DNA of 60,401 bases, the filler included. It is 4 parts of 4 records of this genome, joined end to end, with 100 filler letters (N's around TTAATTAATTAA, not from the genome) between each part and the next. Parts side by side here need not be neighbours in the genome. Positions count along the whole stretch, not along the records: positions 55,041 to 60,401 come from SRR20825019_506; 3 more parts are not named here. One strand, given 5' to 3'. The notes under the pieces were generated by a model. That model was not told the DNA's origin and did no database searches. It saw nothing but the letters and a program-made list of their open reading frames with translations. How positions within the stretch are numbered: the first letter of the stretch is position 1; every line of letters begins with the position of its first letter. A program made the position numbers and the translations under genes. Shown one piece after another: positions 56,602 through 60,401 of the stretch.

Positions 56602-58395
56602 CTACACGGGTATGTGGCCCTTCTCCCTAAGGCGTGCTACCTTATAGGACAATGCCTTCAGCCGTCGTTGAAGGTCGGACTCAACCGCAAGCACCTTCTT
56701 CTCGTGCTCATCTACCTCATCAGAAACGGCATCGACGAGCTCTTGTACAGCAGTGATCTTTAGATTGATAACCTCATCTTCGGCTTGGGTAAAACTTGCC
56801 TCGAGGCGCCTCCTTGCGGAGCGGAACTTTTTGGTGGCGTAGTAGATACGATTACCCTTGTGGCCCTTTACGAGGGTCATGCCCTCTGGATTACCCTCAC
56901 CATCCTCTCCATCGTCTCCGAGGTAGATGGCACCGGTTGTGGCACGTAATGCGACGCGCTTGTTGACGGCTGGTAGGAGATGCACCTGGAGCCATGTCCA
57001 GATAAGTCCCTCCGCTGCAAGCCGATACGCCTTGTCTGCATCTCTTGAGGCCAAGTACTCTACCCCAAACTTCTGCTCCTTACTCAACGCCATCTTACTC
57101 ACCAATACAGCACCGAAAATAATAAAAGATAGTTGGCCCACCACTGCGCACAGGATTGCGATCATACGTCCGAGGGTAGTCTGGATGGATATCTCCCCAT
57201 AGCCTACAGTAGTGAATGCCTCAAAGGCACCCCAAAGTGCCTCAGTGGGGTCAAATCTAGCAGGGATGACGGATAATGGAACCCCCTCGATACGCTCGGT
57301 AATAAACAACATAAATCCAAACATAAGCATGGCTAATATGGCTACGACGATAAGGCTCCGGACAGGTCGGTGGTAGAAGAGAATACGAAGGGAGAGGTTC
57401 CTCTGGATGTTGAAGCCCACTTTTAGTAGCTCTGGCTTAGCGGTGATGATCTCGAAGCGGTTAATGAAGTAGGTGCTGTTGAGATGAAGGATGTCGGCGA
57501 CGAGGTAAACCCTAAAGAACATTACAAGCTGGAGTAGCTTGTAGACGGGATTAGGGGTCACCTCGACATCGACCACTGTGGTGATATCCTCCTTCCGGGC
57601 CAAAAATACAAACGGGTGAAGCACATGTACAAATATCTCGAGGAAGAGACGATATTTTAATGAACTGCGCCAAAATGAGTAGCTGGTCTTGAAGAAGTGC
57701 CTCCTGTTGGTGTCCACAGCGGCATCGCCCCTGTGTCTCTCCAGCTCCTGGATGGTGACACCACTCCACTCTGCCCTCTTCTGCATCAACACCAAATTAT
57801 ACTTCTGCCCGATAAGGATACAAGTAGTGATAGTGGATACTGTTACAATGGCTTGCCCTAGATACATTATGTTGAGAATTGACACAGAGACATTTTCATC
57901 GTCGGTGTATGCATCAATAGGGTTATCGGGGTTCTCGGGTGTATAGATGTACCACGTGTACAGTGAGAACCCCACCATGGCAGCTAGGCCCAGAAAGGAG
58001 AAGGCTGCAATCTGTGTGGTTTTGGAGCGGACGATGCTGTCAAACGCTTTATCCTCATAGGAGGCACCGATCCGTAGGACGTTCTTTTTATACTCATCGG
58101 TGGTGTGCTGTTTGCCTCCATGGTCGGCGGTAATGCTCATGAGGAAGGTGCTCCGCTGAAGGCCGCTGCCATCATCGGCGGCCGAGGTCCGCATCCCCTC
58201 CGTATTAATCCTACCGATGAACTTCCTGGCAAGGCTCAGCGTGCGGTTGTCGATCTGGGGCTGGTCGGCAGTGGCACCTTGGGATTGGGGTGGGGGACGG
58301 CTTGAGGCGCTACCCATGGCGAAGGAGCCGTAGACATCCCTTCCAGGGCTACGACTACCTCCCATCTCACTACCATTACTTGAGCGGGCTGGCAT
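56602..58395 (-). CDS. 6-TM potassium channel, SK/Ca2+-activated-like
   Basis: Pore TTVGYGE, multiple TMs, AAEGLIWTWL resembling the SK calmodulin-binding helix, C-terminal coiled coil; ATG 58395 preferred. Confidence 0.85.
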   Translation of the reverse strand: MPARSSNGSEMGGSRSPGRDVYGSFAMGSASSRPPPQSQGATADQPQIDNRTLSLARKFIGRINTEGMRTSAADDGSGLQRSTFLMSITADHGGKQHTTDEYKKNVLRIGASYEDKAFDSIVRSKTTQIAAFSFLGLAAMVGFSLYTWYIYTPENPDNPIDAYTDDENVSVSILNIMYLGQAIVTVSTITTCILIGQKYNLVLMQKRAEWSGVTIQELERHRGDAAVDTNRRHFFKTSYSFWRSSLKYRLFLEIFVHVLHPFVFLARKEDITTVVDVEVTPNPVYKLLQLVMFFRVYLVADILHLNSTYFINRFEIITAKPELLKVGFNIQRNLSLRILFYHRPVRSLIVVAILAMLMFGFMLFITERIEGVPLSVIPARFDPTEALWGAFEAFTTVGYGEISIQTTLGRMIAILCAVVGQLSFIIFGAVLVSKMALSKEQKFGVEYLASRDADKAYRLAAEGLIWTWLQVHLLPAVNKRVALRATTGAIYLGDDGEDGEGNPEGMTLVKGHKGNRIYYATKKFRSARRRLEASFTQAEDEVINLKITAVQELVDAVSDEVDEHEKKVLAVESDLQRRLKALSYKVARLREKGHIPV

Positions 58396-58672
58396 GGTGT
58401 GTCTGGACGTCGTTACTTCTCTTGTGTTGTGTCTGTGTCTAAAGTCTAAAATACGCGATTCTGAATGAGGATTGTGAAGGAAGTTTAACAATGTTACAAA
58501 ATTTGAACTCATCAACTCAGATACATTAAAAATACACATTGGAAACGATGTAAAAAGCGGAGAGTTAAAAAATATGGATGGTGTGCGAGAGTTGTAGTAC
58601 AACTGCATGACGTTGTCATCATGCTGTATTGTTGTTATATGGGTATGTGTGTGTGGTGAGTGTTGTACTTGT

Positions 58673-60370
58673 CTATCGAGGCTGGGGAGGTGCACCTGCC
58701 GACTTACCTCCGACTGTGACGGATGGTGCAAATTTAATAGGGGCGTAGGAGCCGACTTGGATCTTTATACCACCCAGTGGGGGCTGCTGTTGCATTTGCT
58801 GGTGTTGCTGTGGTGGTGGTACGTAGTGTTGTTGATGTTGTTGTTGGTTGGGGTATTGGCCTATCTGTAGGCCCATATTATGTTGCTGAGACTGCTGCTG
58901 CTGGCCTCCTACTCCAGTATGGTGATGATGGTGTTGCTGCTGCATACCGTTGTTGTTCCCGTATATTTGGGGTTGTCCGTAGTCCATACTGCCTTGACGG
59001 GAGTTGCTACCTTGAGAATGATCGGGGGATCGTTGCTGCAGGATGTTGGCCTGTCCCATTCCTCCTCCATTAGAAGCGTTGTAGTTATGGTGGTGGTTAC
59101 TGGGCTGTTGTTGTTGTTGTTGACTTCCACGAGGGCGACCAATCATCATTTTACCAGTATTGGTGTTTCTAGTGGGAGTAGCCACGGATGTGGGTGTTGG
59201 TTGTGCAGGGGAGTTGTTGTCGTAGGGGGTCACCGATGACCGCTCACTAACATGGCTACCAGTGTCGGAGTGGTGTATGAGGGCATGTGGTATGTCATTT
59301 ATCAGACTGCTATTGGCTGAGCCCGTCGCACGATTGTTATTATTATTATCAGAAACCACCACCCCGTGGAAGGAGGTGAGGGACGTCCTTGATCCACTAT
59401 TATTCCCACCATATGACTGAGGCTGCATGTGGTGCTGCTGCATGTCATGTCCACTGTTGTAATACATATTATTGTTGTTGTTGGCGCTGGTGACGGACAC
59501 GATTCTAAAGTCTGTCCCTGAGACGCTTCTATTGCCGACCGCATTTACCGAGGAGAGAGCGCTGGTACCTCCAAAGTTAGAGTTACCAGAGGCACCCCAA
59601 TCATCCACCCTTGCTGGTGGTGTCGGCCATGGTGAGTGCTGTGAGCCGTTGTGTTGTTGCTGCTGCTGTTGTTGAGGTGGCGGGGCAGGGTTAGGTGATC
59701 CACGTGGTTTCTCTCGCCTCTTGCTCTGGGCACTAGAGCTAGAGTTGGACCCCTTGTTGGTCGAGTTGCTTGTGCTGGCACTTTTGGCCCCAATTTTTGT
59801 TGATTGTGTAACCACAACAGGGGGTGGGACGCCGTTGTTGGGTTGGTTACGCATCACGCTTCCACGGCCACTGCTTGCAAATAGAATAGGGGAAGATGTC
59901 GACATACTGGCGGCATGTGGGGATGACACCTGAGCGAGGTCCGACGACCCCATGCCCCTGGGTGAGCTAGAAATAACAGGGGGTCCTCCCCCATGGACTG
60001 TCCACGTCCCACCTCCGTCTCCCACAGTGGTCTTTGATGACCGCATAACCCCACCGGTCCCACCATTGTTGTTACTACTAATGGGCCCCTGGTTGAGGCT
60101 CACCGACCGCGATGCACCCCCCACAGTCCCTAGAGCCGATACAGACATGGAGCCGACAGTACCGCAACAGGACTCCTCATCACCTGTTTCCAACTCCATT
60201 GTATCGATATCAAATGTAAACTCCTCGTCGGGGTTGTTGATAGCGGCATTGAGGAATTGTGGTGGGTTGGCACTATCACATGCAGCACCAATGCTGTTTG
60301 GTGAGCTGGCTATGTCCTTCTGGCCCCCACTTTCTTTTTGTGAATTTATTGATGAGGTACGCTTCATCAT
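58673..60370 (-). CDS. Low-complexity Q/N/S/G/H-rich disordered protein
   Basis: 565-aa open frame with poly-Q/N/H runs; in-frame stop upstream at 60386-60388, so the ORF is complete unless spliced. Confidence 0.65.
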   Translation of the reverse strand: MMKRTSSINSQKESGGQKDIASSPNSIGAACDSANPPQFLNAAINNPDEEFTFDIDTMELETGDEESCCGTVGSMSVSALGTVGGASRSVSLNQGPISSNNNGGTGGVMRSSKTTVGDGGGTWTVHGGGPPVISSSPRGMGSSDLAQVSSPHAASMSTSSPILFASSGRGSVMRNQPNNGVPPPVVVTQSTKIGAKSASTSNSTNKGSNSSSSAQSKRREKPRGSPNPAPPPQQQQQQQHNGSQHSPWPTPPARVDDWGASGNSNFGGTSALSSVNAVGNRSVSGTDFRIVSVTSANNNNNMYYNSGHDMQQHHMQPQSYGGNNSGSRTSLTSFHGVVVSDNNNNNRATGSANSSLINDIPHALIHHSDTGSHVSERSSVTPYDNNSPAQPTPTSVATPTRNTNTGKMMIGRPRGSQQQQQQPSNHHHNYNASNGGGMGQANILQQRSPDHSQGSNSRQGSMDYGQPQIYGNNNGMQQQHHHHHTGVGGQQQQSQQHNMGLQIGQYPNQQQHQQHYVPPPQQHQQMQQQPPLGGIKIQVGSYAPIKFAPSVTVGGKSAGAPPQPR

Positions 60371-60401
60371 TTCAATACACGCGCTTCAATGGGATTTATT
60401 A

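Noticed and set aside
58673-58731. Overlap of the K+ channel ORF with the Q/N-rich ORF
   Set aside because: The first 112 codons of the 709-aa ORF are AT-rich spacer-like sequence; ATG 58395 removes the overlap
54941-60401. Horizontal transfer of eukaryotic genes into a bacterium
   Set aside because: Separated by an artificial linker; no physical linkage shown
1-60401. CRISPR array, cas genes, rRNA or prophage
   Set aside because: No regularly spaced repeats, cas-like, rRNA-like or phage structural genes seen; the GGAC repeats at 35708-35749 are too short and lack spacers

Overview
The window is an artificial concatenation of four unrelated contigs, joined by 100-nt linkers (44 N + TTAATTAATTAA + 44 N) at 18128-18227, 47387-47486 and 54941-55040. 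(A) 1-18127 is AT-rich Flavobacteriaceae-like DNA: a TetR-TolC-MFP-RND efflux operon, polyprenyl synthase, sucA/sucB, a TPR histidine kinase with a NarL regulator, tatD, ansA and the start of a tRNA-Ser. (B) 18228-47386 is a GC-rich alphaproteobacterium: lepA, an EAL protein, an S9 peptidase, a decayed Rhs toxin/immunity islet interrupted by a TIR-flanked HUH (Y1) transposase, fasciclin, amidohydrolases, a complete pspF/pspABC locus, transporters, an alpha-carbonic anhydrase plus SPOR lipoprotein pair, and a MocR cluster. (C) 47487-54940 is a Rhodobacteraceae-like Tad/Flp pilus locus. (D) 55041-60401 is an intronless, single-strand eukaryotic gene array that looks kinetoplastid-like: two quadruple-CX9C paralogs, a Dpy-30-like peptide, an SK-type K+ channel and a Q/N-rich protein. 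The best leads are: (1) the Rhs-tip/immunity cassettes broken exactly at the 18-bp TIRs of a 752-bp Y1 element; (2) an alpha-CA that keeps its Zn site but has its hydrophobic CO2 pocket replaced by charged residues and is coupled to a SPOR lipoprotein; (3) anti-Shine-Dalgarno-loop sRNA candidates and extra elements in the psp operon. All taxonomic and family calls come from motif recognition; no database searches were run.
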